Shown piece after piece: positions 30,873 through 40,136 of a stretch of 45,143 nucleotides of DNA; position 1 is the stretch's first letter; the number at the start of each line of letters is the position of its first letter. The stretch lies in assembly GCA_029862885.1 (NCBI GenBank), contig JAOTWM010000002.1, positions 1 to 45,143 of the forward strand, read 5' to 3'. Under the pieces are notes generated by a model. That model searched no databases. It had not been told where the DNA came from and saw only the letters and a list, made by a program, of their open reading frames with translations. A program made the translations under genes and the position numbers. This stretch comes from Gammaproteobacteria bacterium. Its GTDB lineage: Bacteria > Pseudomonadota > Gammaproteobacteria > Arenicellales > JAOTWM01.

Positions 30873-32153
30873 TTAGTGACGAGCATATTTTATCTTATGG
30901 TTCAGCAAAGTAGCCTCTAGCCTATTGGCGATAATAGGCTCCTTTAAGTATAAGTCGATGGATTCGTGTGGGTCCGATTTTATATTGAATAATAATTTAA
31001 ATCGTCCGTACCGAACAATCAATTTCCATGGGCCGATACGGATGTATTCGTCCCAATTGTTTTTCCCAATAAGAACTTTCTCCTCGGTGTTACGGCCACT
31101 CAGTACATCAAAAAGGTGGTCGTTGGAGATAGGTGTTGCCCACGGTATTTCGAGCATCTTATATATTGCGGGGGCGAGATCCGCTAGAGCAACGGCACTC
31201 GGTACGCGAACAGTTATACTTATTTTCGGATGTAGTATAAGAATTGGAACGTGAACACACGACTGATATGCGACCCCATGCTTAAAAATCCCATTATCGC
31301 CCAATCCGGTTCCGTGGTTGGCATAGAGAACTACGATGCTGTTGTCGTTATAACGCTCCTGTAATACCTTAAATACTCGACCAAGTTGTGCGTCTGCGTA
31401 GCTTAGTTGTCGACTGTAAATATGTCGTTCTATTTGTTGCGCTCGTTCAGGCTCAAGATCTCTCTGCCTTTTCAAGAAATATGCGTATCTGTTCGTTCCA
31501 TTAGGAGCTTGATATTCATAGCGGCGGGCATTAATTGAAGATGCATACTCAGTGTCGGGTTGTATCGGATGTCGATATTGATGATTATGTAATAACGTCG
31601 GGCGAAATAAAACAAATCTTGGGTGATCGCTCGGTCGTTCGAGTTTGTCGATTAGAAGATCGACAAGGTCTTCCATCAAGATTTTTGATGACCACTGCGA
31701 GTAGTCGGCAAATCCCCTATCCAGGAAGACATGTTGGCCCGCCCGACCGCCTTGATTGATATTTATCGTGTGGTATCCGTGTTGCGAGAGAACTTGAGCC
31801 ATGGACACGGAGCTAGTGAGCGACTTCTCGATTTTCAGTTGCTTGATAAGATCGAGTTTCTTGTACCGATCGATTTCCGCAGGCATTACAGGAATCTGGT
31901 GGGGCAATGTTAAGGTCAGTACTGAAGTATTGCTTAGGAATGTCTCCCCTGCCGGGGCGGAGGCATCCTCGAATACTACTCCGTGTTCAAAGAACGCATC
32001 GATATTTGGCGTTAAATCTGCGTTGCTGATAAGTCCGGTAAAGTCTGCTCTTAGTAATTCAATATTCAAGAAGATTACATTGCAACCACGGCAAGCCAAA
32101 TCGCGCGGTGCGCCAGCGGCATCGGGGCTGCCAAAGAGCGTACTCGAATTCAT
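30873..32153 (-). CDS. Sulfatase-like hydrolase/transferase (non-canonical active site), third paralog
   Basis: CRGCNVIFLNIELLRAD, TPNID, ANHG, HVPILILHP, LADLAPAI. No signal peptide in the ORF as called. Confidence 0.8.
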   Translation of the reverse strand: MNSSTLFGSPDAAGAPRDLACRGCNVIFLNIELLRADFTGLISNADLTPNIDAFFEHGVVFEDASAPAGETFLSNTSVLTLTLPHQIPVMPAEIDRYKKLDLIKQLKIEKSLTSSVSMAQVLSQHGYHTININQGGRAGQHVFLDRGFADYSQWSSKILMEDLVDLLIDKLERPSDHPRFVLFRPTLLHNHQYRHPIQPDTEYASSINARRYEYQAPNGTNRYAYFLKRQRDLEPERAQQIERHIYSRQLSYADAQLGRVFKVLQERYNDNSIVVLYANHGTGLGDNGIFKHGVAYQSCVHVPILILHPKISITVRVPSAVALADLAPAIYKMLEIPWATPISNDHLFDVLSGRNTEEKVLIGKNNWDEYIRIGPWKLIVRYGRFKLLFNIKSDPHESIDLYLKEPIIANRLEATLLNHKIKYARH

Positions 32154-32169
32154 AATCTAATTATGAATT
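32147..32169. repeat. Perfect 10-bp inverted repeat overlapping the start codon
   Basis: AATTCATAAT-CTA-ATTATGAATT. Confidence 0.8.
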
Positions 32170-32285
32170 AGCGGCCGAGCGCATATAGCTGTGAATGTGA
32201 AAATAATGCCTTGAGTATCTCTGATCATGACTAGGGAAGTAATAACTCTGAAACACGCTCTGCAGTAGTTAGATCAAGACGACCT

Positions 32286-33047
32286 TCACCTCGACGATAG
32301 CATGGACTGGATTTTGTCAGTCCAGTAGTCGTTTCGTTCTTTATCCAATTTGGAATACTCGCAGTCATCGTCGGATAACAAATCACACGGAACAACATCG
32401 CCAGGCCCTCGCAATACCAACACAAAGCTACTGAGCATGACGGCCTCTCGAATATCATGTGTTATCAGCACGGTACGTGAATTGATCCGAGCGATGGTTT
32501 GACGGAAGTAGCGTTGAACTACATTCTTTGTATCCTGGTCCAGCGAACCAAAGGGTTCATCCATTAGCACACATAATGGGTCCACCGCGAGCGCACGCGC
32601 CAATCCGACTCGCTGCTGCATTCCACCAGACAGTGATTTTGGATAAAGCCCTTCAGTGCCTTCTAATCGCATTGTCTTCAATATCTCGCGCGCACGTTGG
32701 TTTCGCTCCCCATTTGGTAAACCTTTCGCTTTTAAGCCAAACTCAACATTCTCTAACACATTTTTCCATGGATACAAATTATGGTCTTGAAATACCACCG
32801 GGCGAGCAGCGGATGGGCCCATCACCTTATCGCCGCAAATCGATATGGCACCTGCATCTGCTGATGAAAAACCGGCGAGCAACGCTATTAATGTGGATTT
32901 ACCGACACCACTTTGACCGACAACCGCCAATACCATATGGCGGTCATCCAGCGTTAACGATAGATCGCTAAAAATCGGCATGCCGGGATACGAAAAATCG
33001 ACATTGTCGATCTGCATCCAGACTTCTGGGGAACTTCCTTCAGCCAT
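32286..33047 (-). CDS. Nitrate/sulfonate/taurine-type ABC transporter ATP-binding protein
   Basis: GQSGVGKST, VVFQDHNLYPW, LSGGMQQR, LMDEPFGSLD, ITHD. Confidence 0.9.
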   Translation of the reverse strand: MAEGSSPEVWMQIDNVDFSYPGMPIFSDLSLTLDDRHMVLAVVGQSGVGKSTLIALLAGFSSADAGAISICGDKVMGPSAARPVVFQDHNLYPWKNVLENVEFGLKAKGLPNGERNQRAREILKTMRLEGTEGLYPKSLSGGMQQRVGLARALAVDPLCVLMDEPFGSLDQDTKNVVQRYFRQTIARINSRTVLITHDIREAVMLSSFVLVLRGPGDVVPCDLLSDDDCEYSKLDKERNDYWTDKIQSMLSSR

Positions 33048-33786
33048 CGTCCCGCCAATGGCTTAGTCGTAAATCAATTCGCTGCAGGAGGAAGTTACTC
33101 ACATAACCAAGCATGCCGATTACTAGCAGGTAGGAATACAATTTTTCCATTTCGATATTCAGACTGAACAATTGAATGCCATAACCCAACCCACTTGAAG
33201 CTCCCATCATTTCTGCCGCAACAACACAAAACCAGCCGAGGCCGACCCCCAGTCGCAACCCATGGAATGCGTAGGGAAGAGCCGATGGGACGATCACGTC
33301 TGTGAGCTGCAGCAGTTTCCCACAACCGAAGCTTTCAGCAGCGAGGATATGGGATCGCTTGACCTCCATCAAACCTTGCTGAATACCCAACCATATCGGG
33401 AAAAACGCGCCCAGTGCGACTATTGCTATCGCCGGTTGAGTACCCACACCGAATGCAACGATGGCGAGGGGTGTCCAAGCGATCGGTGGAATAGGCCGGA
33501 ACAATTCAATGCCGCCCGATAAGTAGTCGGGAAACGACCTCCAGTATACCGCGACTAAGCCTAGTACCGCCGCGAGTAAAGAGCTAATCGCGACACCGGC
33601 CAACACCCGAAAAAGGCTCGCAAAAGCATCCTTTAGTAATATTCTCGAACGCAGTAACTCCAAAAAGCTCCAGAGCACATCATTTAATGGAGGAGTGAGC
33701 ACATTATTTTTTGATGTTGATAAATGCCACGCTAGCAAAATCACGCACACTCCGACGCTTGCTCGCGCTTGCTGGGGTAGCTTCAT
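33040..33786 (-). CDS. Nitrate/sulfonate/taurine-type ABC transporter permease
   Basis: RPIPPIAWTPL, AFFPI, VVAAEMMGASSGLG (SsuC/TauC pattern). Confidence 0.9.
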   Translation of the reverse strand: MKLPQQARASVGVCVILLAWHLSTSKNNVLTPPLNDVLWSFLELLRSRILLKDAFASLFRVLAGVAISSLLAAVLGLVAVYWRSFPDYLSGGIELFRPIPPIAWTPLAIVAFGVGTQPAIAIVALGAFFPIWLGIQQGLMEVKRSHILAAESFGCGKLLQLTDVIVPSALPYAFHGLRLGVGLGWFCVVAAEMMGASSGLGYGIQLFSLNIEMEKLYSYLLVIGMLGYVSNFLLQRIDLRLSHWRDDG

Positions 33787-33824
33787 CTATCAAGATTCCC
33801 GAGGTCATCCAGTTAAATGAGAGT

Positions 33825-34865
33825 CTAATTTCGTATTTCGATGTTTTCCAAAATGCCACTCTGATCGGCCTCAGAAATAATCTCTTTCATTATTCCAAGG
33901 TCAGTGTACGCTCTCGCATCTATCGGAGACTTTATGATATTGCGCTCAACAAGGAACCGACTGGCCTGGTCGAATATCTCAAAATCTTCGGGAATAAAAT
34001 CAAATCGCAATTCTTGAATGGAGTGGACCCACCGATTCGGTTCGACGGAAGCCGCATCATCAAGCACTGCATCGCTAACATGCAATCTCGATTCAGTCGA
34101 GAAGTATTGGTTAAGAAAACCCGGATTATTTGCAAAGATATGCCAGCTCAATCTGAACGCAGACAAAAATGATTTCAGTTTCTCCCGGCGCTTACTTAAC
34201 ATTTCCGCAGTCGCGATAACCACAGAAACCACCTTTCCACAATGAAGTATTTTAGCTTTGCCTTGTTCTTCGAACACCGCCGGCAGTGGATCGAACCCGT
34301 AAAGCGCATCGACTCCGGGCCAAGTGGAGTTATCCTTTATGTTTGCAAGTAGCGCCGATTGTTGGGACATGTCGAGCTTTCCAGTACGAATGCCGGACAA
34401 GTCAATACCTGCAGTGGCAATAGCGGACATGGCAACTCGCTCCGCCGCAGCACCAACGGGTCCCATTATTGTTTTGTTTGCCAACTCGGTTAGAGCATTG
34501 ACGCCAGAACCAACCGGTACATATATGCAGACCCGGTTATACATCATTCTAGCCACAATCCGATAGGTCGGATCCTTCGAGAGCAATACCAGTGCAGGTT
34601 GGTCGGCCGTTAACAGAACATCCACCTCACCAGCCAGTGCAGCTCGATTCAGCGGCCCACCATAGGCAAATCCTATGTATTCAACTTCTAAATCCACTAG
34701 CTGCGGGATATTCGTATGCTTAAGGCCCATGACTAGCTGCCCTTGCGTCGCCCAGGGGATTTGCCAGCCAAGCCGCAATGCAGGCGAACCTTCCGCCACA
34801 ACGGTCATTGCATAGCCGCAACCAATACAAAAAAGCAGCATTTGACTACAGAGTTTTCGCATCAT
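33825..34865 (-). CDS. Nitrate/sulfonate/taurine-type ABC transporter substrate-binding protein
   Basis: Signal peptide, LRLGWQ, FAYGGPLNRAALAGEVDV (SsuA/TauA-like). First gene of the ABC operon. Confidence 0.82.
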   Translation of the reverse strand: MMRKLCSQMLLFCIGCGYAMTVVAEGSPALRLGWQIPWATQGQLVMGLKHTNIPQLVDLEVEYIGFAYGGPLNRAALAGEVDVLLTADQPALVLLSKDPTYRIVARMMYNRVCIYVPVGSGVNALTELANKTIMGPVGAAAERVAMSAIATAGIDLSGIRTGKLDMSQQSALLANIKDNSTWPGVDALYGFDPLPAVFEEQGKAKILHCGKVVSVVIATAEMLSKRREKLKSFLSAFRLSWHIFANNPGFLNQYFSTESRLHVSDAVLDDAASVEPNRWVHSIQELRFDFIPEDFEIFDQASRFLVERNIIKSPIDARAYTDLGIMKEIISEADQSGILENIEIRN

Positions 34866-34998
34866 AAGAATGGTTCCGGGCCTCAAGTGAATTGCGGTTC
34901 GATTTTCCTGATATATTAGTCTATCTCGGCACCTGAACAAACTGAACTTCCGCTCAATAGTTACCGAGGGAGGCTGTACTAATCGTTATTCAACAATT

Positions 34999-35916
34999 TT
35001 GAAACGCTCGATGAAGAGTACGACGCATAGAACAAAGACCGAACTGGTCGAGAAAACGCTAGCCAAAGAGATGTTTTTTATCGTCGGTGTAGCCAAATCC
35101 GGCACCACGTGGTTGCAACACTTACTGGATTCTCATCCAGAAATCGTGTGTCGGGGCGAGTCCCACTTTATCGATATATTTCATGCCTCATTAGTGAAGG
35201 CGTTCGAAGAGTACAACAACGCGGTGGTCAAACAGGGCGGTGTTGTCGCCCATTTAAAGGAGTACGGCGGTCATGTTGATACGCTTCGTTATGACTTGAA
35301 CGACTCATTTTACTTACTCGTCCAGGCAATTGGGCTTATGTTTGGTAAGTGGAATAACGATCCCTCGATTAGACTAATTGGGGAAAAAACGCCCGACAAC
35401 ATTGCGTGCCTCAGTTTATTGTCGAGTATATTTCCCTCGGCTAAATTCATACACATTATTAGGGACGGCAGGGATAGCGCTGTGTCGGGGTGGTTTTTTA
35501 ACCAGAGTGGGCTCGCTAAGAACAAACAGATCGTCCAAACGTTCGACGAGTATGTGCGGGGATTTGCGAAGGCATGGAGTAGTCAGATTAACCAAGGATG
35601 TGCGATCGGCGCTGGTCTCGATGATCGTTACATGGAAGTACGGTACGAGAACCTAGCCTTTACCCCAAATGACGAAGCGACGAAGCTACTGCGATATTTG
35701 GATGTTGACGATTCCGAGCAGTGTATTAACAACTGCCTGAAAGCATCTTCTTTTCAATCACTTACTGGTGGCCGACGTCCCGGAGAAGAAGACCCAGAAG
35801 CCTTCTTCCGGAAAGGAGTGGTAGGTGACTGGAGAAATAAATTTAGCGATGACCTCAGAGACGATTTTTACAACATAGCCGGAGACACACTGACCCGTTT
35901 CGGATATGAGGGATAG
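34999..35916 (+). CDS. PAPS-dependent sulfotransferase
   Basis: GVAKSGTTWL, EKTP, IIRDGRDSAVS, VRYENL, FFRKGVVGDW. Confidence 0.9.
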   Translation: MKRSMKSTTHRTKTELVEKTLAKEMFFIVGVAKSGTTWLQHLLDSHPEIVCRGESHFIDIFHASLVKAFEEYNNAVVKQGGVVAHLKEYGGHVDTLRYDLNDSFYLLVQAIGLMFGKWNNDPSIRLIGEKTPDNIACLSLLSSIFPSAKFIHIIRDGRDSAVSGWFFNQSGLAKNKQIVQTFDEYVRGFAKAWSSQINQGCAIGAGLDDRYMEVRYENLAFTPNDEATKLLRYLDVDDSEQCINNCLKASSFQSLTGGRRPGEEDPEAFFRKGVVGDWRNKFSDDLRDDFYNIAGDTLTRFGYEG

Positions 35917-35960
35917 ATTGATGCGCACCCATCAGAATCGATGCTGATCGCGGCAATAGT

Positions 35961-36878
35961 ATGGCGACTATTAGCGACAAATTAGAATTGGCTGGGCGTA
36001 ATATTAAGCTGCTCGATAAGAAGCGGCTGTTCTTTGTTTCGGGTATATCCAAATCGGGAACTACCTGGCTGGAGCGGGTTTTGGATAGTCACCCGGAAAT
36101 CATTTGCAAGGGTGAGGCTCATTTCGGCAGTCTCCTAGAGCCAGCGATCCGTAATACCGTAGCGGAATATAACGCCCGTATACCTAGGCAGGGAAATTGG
36201 TCACGCCATAGAAAAGAGAACACGACCGATAATAGTTCATCCTCATATATCTACGACACCAGTGATTTGGATTTCCTGCTCGCCACTGCCATCAAACTAA
36301 TGCTTGTGAAATGGGCCAATGTCGATACCGTAAAATGCGTAGGAGAAAAGACACCAAATAACTTTACTTATTATCCGCTCCTCGCCCGATTATTTCCGGA
36401 CTCGAAGTATATTTATATGATTCGAGATGTCCGCGACGTCATAGTTTCCGCTTGGTTCTATAATTTAGCCGTTGGCTCCGATCAAATGCTACGGCAATTC
36501 GTCAGCATCGAACGATACGCCGTACACGTTGCAAAAGTGTGGGCAGCCGAGGTATCGAGCGCGATGACATTGGGGCGGCCGCTCGGTAACAATTATTGTG
36601 AAATTCAATATGAGAACCTTTGGCAGAACCCGGAACATGAAGTAGGTCGACTCCTCGAGTTTCTCGATGTGTCCACGTCGGATTCAGTTATCAATGAATG
36701 TTTGGGGCTTACGGATTTTTCAAAGTTGTCGGGAGGCCGGCCACGCGGCACCGAAAACAGAAGTTCGTTCTATCGAAAGGGGGTGGTCGGGGACTGGAAG
36801 AATCATCTTGATGACACGTCGATTGCTGAAGTAAAGAACCACTGCGGTAGCTTGATGAGTGAATTGGGATATGACTAG
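35961..36878 (+). CDS. PAPS-dependent sulfotransferase (tandem paralog)
   Basis: GISKSGTTWL, EKTP, IRDVRDVIVS, IQYENL, FYRKGVVGDWKN. Confidence 0.9.
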   Translation: MATISDKLELAGRNIKLLDKKRLFFVSGISKSGTTWLERVLDSHPEIICKGEAHFGSLLEPAIRNTVAEYNARIPRQGNWSRHRKENTTDNSSSSYIYDTSDLDFLLATAIKLMLVKWANVDTVKCVGEKTPNNFTYYPLLARLFPDSKYIYMIRDVRDVIVSAWFYNLAVGSDQMLRQFVSIERYAVHVAKVWAAEVSSAMTLGRPLGNNYCEIQYENLWQNPEHEVGRLLEFLDVSTSDSVINECLGLTDFSKLSGGRPRGTENRSSFYRKGVVGDWKNHLDDTSIAEVKNHCGSLMSELGYD

Positions 36879-36925
36879 GGTTCGCCCGCTAACCCGGATA
36901 TTTCATGTATGGTTTGGAGTGATGC

Positions 36926-37729
36926 CTATGGTATTTCGCCGCCATAACTGACACCGGATAAAATAGTTTGAAGTTCGGTCGCTGAAATATACTGCCATGC
37001 TTTGTGAACCCCAACAGGCGAAGGATGATAGATTCGCTCTACAGCAAATCGACGTGCCAATTCAACAGAAGGTAGGTGATACTTGTCGGGCATGAGGTGC
37101 ATATTGATCGAGTAAAACGCATCTTCAGATCCAATAATCCATGGATTTGCGTTGCTGGCTTTACATACCTCAATCATCGCCATTTTGCGTCTCACTGACA
37201 GTCCACCGCTCCCGAAAAGACACCATGGGGAAATCACACTATCCGGCCATGGTGCGCCGACGTAGTCATACTCCAGGAATGCTTCTACTTCATTGGAACA
37301 TAGCATAGAGTCGGAATTGAAAAATAACTGAACCTCGCCCTTGATGGATTTCCAGAAGCCTACTTTTCGTTTTACTGTATCTGCAAAGTCTCTTCCCGAT
37401 TCTTGCAACCCCACCGGTAAACTGTTTATGTGTACGTACTGCCAGCCACTCAGGACTTTCATTATCCAATCCCTCATATCCCGAGAAACGAATACCTGTA
37501 GACCCCATTCTTCTCCAAGGAAAAACATGATGTTACGGATCGCGAATTCCGTAAATGGAGATCGCTTCGTTTCGATAAAGACCGCAAATTTGTTGGAATT
37601 GATTGGGATGCCCGTGAAATCGACCGCGCGTAAGGCCGGTAGCATTTCATTGATGTGGTGGCGACGAACACCTAATGCTTCACTGACTTCTCTTGGATCC
37701 CGCTCCGACATTTGGTCAGTGAAATCCAT
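36926..37729 (-). CDS. DUF5672 family protein (predicted glycosyltransferase-like)
   Basis: YDYVGAPW, GSGGLSVR, EDAFYS, FAVE, PVGVHKAW. Confidence 0.78.
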   Translation of the reverse strand: MDFTDQMSERDPREVSEALGVRRHHINEMLPALRAVDFTGIPINSNKFAVFIETKRSPFTEFAIRNIMFFLGEEWGLQVFVSRDMRDWIMKVLSGWQYVHINSLPVGLQESGRDFADTVKRKVGFWKSIKGEVQLFFNSDSMLCSNEVEAFLEYDYVGAPWPDSVISPWCLFGSGGLSVRRKMAMIEVCKASNANPWIIGSEDAFYSINMHLMPDKYHLPSVELARRFAVERIYHPSPVGVHKAWQYISATELQTILSGVSYGGEIP

Positions 37730-37735
37730 TAGATG

Positions 37736-38524
37736 CTAGTACTCTATCGTAGACAGTAATTGCCGCACTTGCTCGGTGGGTAAATACTTCCACAGTTTGT
37801 GCAAGCCCAGGGGGTTTGGGTCATAGACACCCTCGACTGCAAATCGCTTCGCCTGCTCATAGGTGCCCAGTTTAAAAGTTCCCGGTTCTTTCGCGTTACA
37901 TAGAGACATATTGACGCAAAAGAAAATATCCTCCGGCTCAAATAATGAATGATGCGGATTGGCGACAGCAGCGATTCGCAACATTGCAGATCTACGTCGC
38001 AGCGATAGGCCACCATTGCCGACTCGACAGGCCGGGGAAACTGCAAATTGTTTGCCCCACGGAGCGCCTATATAATCAAGGTGCATAAACTCATCAATGC
38101 CCGTGCGGCGAAATATACTGTCCGGCTCCATCCAGAGAATGTGCCCGGTCCGGATTTGCTCCCAGAATGTGTATTGTTTTTTTAAGGAATTGTAGTCACG
38201 CGTACTCAAATCATTGGTATCCAGTTTTTCGATGCCGACATAACCCCAAGATCGAGTTAGTTCCTTAATGTACGAAAAGTTATCCGGCCCAGTGAAAATC
38301 TCTAATCCCCACTCCGGTCCAAGAAAGTACATGGCGTTGCGTAACACATATTCGAGATGGGGATGCTTTCTTGGCTCAACTAACACGACGCTGCGCTGAG
38401 AGTCTTTTGGAATCGACGGCCGAGGCAGCTGCCGGACTATCGGATACGTGCGTTCTATAAACTCATTCCAAATCTGATAGTTCGTTTCTTCCCGCAGCCT
38501 GGATCGACTAATCGCCTCACTCAT
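37736..38524 (-). CDS. DUF5672 family protein (predicted glycosyltransferase-like)
   Basis: VEPR.HP, DYIGAPW, VGNGGLSLR, EDIFF, FAVE, PLGLHKLW. ATG 38524 overlaps the upstream stop. Confidence 0.8.
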   Translation of the reverse strand: MSEAISRSRLREETNYQIWNEFIERTYPIVRQLPRPSIPKDSQRSVVLVEPRKHPHLEYVLRNAMYFLGPEWGLEIFTGPDNFSYIKELTRSWGYVGIEKLDTNDLSTRDYNSLKKQYTFWEQIRTGHILWMEPDSIFRRTGIDEFMHLDYIGAPWGKQFAVSPACRVGNGGLSLRRRSAMLRIAAVANPHHSLFEPEDIFFCVNMSLCNAKEPGTFKLGTYEQAKRFAVEGVYDPNPLGLHKLWKYLPTEQVRQLLSTIEY

Positions 38525-40095
38525 GGCGCCCTCGCTTTTGGGCAACCGGAGATTTCAGCTTTCAGCGCGTTGGCGATTTGACCTACAACGCTGTCCCAGT
38601 CGCCGTGTCTCGGCTGTCGAAATAATCGCATGCTTGGATACCAAGGGCTATCGGTACGGTTCTGCAAATATCGCCAGCAATGCGCAAACCACAACATTGT
38701 CCATACTGGCTTACCTAACGCCCCGGCCAAATGTGCGGTCGCGGTATCGACTGTTATTACCAAATCCAGCGCCTCAATAAGAGCTGCAGTATCGCCGAAG
38801 TCGCGAAGTTCTTCGGTGAAGTCAATGATCTTAAGTTGTTTCGGGCCGCCTTGCAGCTGCTCGGCTGCAGGCCCAACTTGTATACTGTAAAATGCTGAAC
38901 CATCGACAGCCGCTAACGGCGCCAACGCTGACAGCGGGCACGACCGATATTTGTTGTCCTTCTGTCCCGGATTACCGGCCCACACCAGACCCACCGTAAT
39001 ACGCTCTTTTTCTAATTGCCCTCGCCAAGCGTCCACCTTCGAGCTATCTGCTCTCAAGTAGGGGGTCACACGCGGGATCGACTCTAATGTTGTGCCGAAC
39101 ACCCTTGGTAGGCTCAGCAAAGGTATCTGCACGTCGTAATGGATTCTCTCTATAGCCTCCGGTGTCTTGCACTTATCGACCAATCGATGGACTGCCGTGT
39201 TTCTCTCGAACAATGAATGCAATGACGCATCGCACATAAACACAATTTGACCGCCACGTTCCGCGACCATGGGCAGGTATCGTGAAAAGTGAATTACATC
39301 GCCGATGCCCTGTTCGCCATACACCAACAGGGTTTTACCGCAAAAATCGCTTCCGTCCCAGCGTGCTCGGCCCGAGCAACGGAATAATTCGAATGACGCA
39401 TCGGATTGGCGAAATTCGTAATCGTCCCAACCCTCGGCAAGTCGGCCCAATTTCAAGAGGGCCGAACCTCTGCCGATATGAGCATCGGCATAATCCGGAT
39501 TTCGCTTTAGCGCCTCTCCATAAGCGTCGATCGCTTCCTCTAGCCTTCCTGTATATTGCAGGCAGTTTGCCAACTGGTAGTGCGCCTGAGTCCAGTCGTC
39601 GTCGAGCTCGATAGCGTGACGAAATGCCACAACAGCATCTTCGAACCGATCTTGAATCCAACACGCATTGCCCAGGTTGAAATACGCCTGTACAAATTCA
39701 GTATCGAGACTCGCCGCCAGTTGAAATTCCGACCACGCATCGGCGACTCGACCTTGATTCCAATAGGCATTACCGAGATCGTTGTGATACACCGCAAGAT
39801 CCGGCCGTATTGCCACCGCACGCTCAAGATACTCTAGGACTTTTTGTCGATTCTCCTGCTTTCTACCGCCTAACAACGCTAGGCCGAGCAAGTGATTTGC
39901 ATCCGGATTCTTATCGTCGAGCTGCAACACTTCTTCATACAAGGCTATCGCTTTTGTCAAACGGCCGGCCCGATGATGATTAACTCCCTGGCGGAGGCGG
40001 TTCGCGATACTGTCGTTTTTTGGTGCTGTGCCTATATTTAGATTCGGCACACCGTTAAGAGGTTCGTCCGCATTAGAATCCATCGGATTCGACAT
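38521..40095 (-). CDS. TPR-containing glycosyltransferase (GT9-like C-terminal domain)
   Basis: N-terminal TPRs, EQGIGDVIHFSRY, GLVWAGNP, DTAALIEALDLVITVDTATAHLAGALG, SPWYPSMRLFRQ. Confidence 0.88.
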   Translation of the reverse strand: MSNPMDSNADEPLNGVPNLNIGTAPKNDSIANRLRQGVNHHRAGRLTKAIALYEEVLQLDDKNPDANHLLGLALLGGRKQENRQKVLEYLERAVAIRPDLAVYHNDLGNAYWNQGRVADAWSEFQLAASLDTEFVQAYFNLGNACWIQDRFEDAVVAFRHAIELDDDWTQAHYQLANCLQYTGRLEEAIDAYGEALKRNPDYADAHIGRGSALLKLGRLAEGWDDYEFRQSDASFELFRCSGRARWDGSDFCGKTLLVYGEQGIGDVIHFSRYLPMVAERGGQIVFMCDASLHSLFERNTAVHRLVDKCKTPEAIERIHYDVQIPLLSLPRVFGTTLESIPRVTPYLRADSSKVDAWRGQLEKERITVGLVWAGNPGQKDNKYRSCPLSALAPLAAVDGSAFYSIQVGPAAEQLQGGPKQLKIIDFTEELRDFGDTAALIEALDLVITVDTATAHLAGALGKPVWTMLWFAHCWRYLQNRTDSPWYPSMRLFRQPRHGDWDSVVGQIANALKAEISGCPKARAP

Positions 40096-40136
40096 TCCTC
40101 GTTAGCAATCAATAGAATTCGGATTTCGTAAATATG

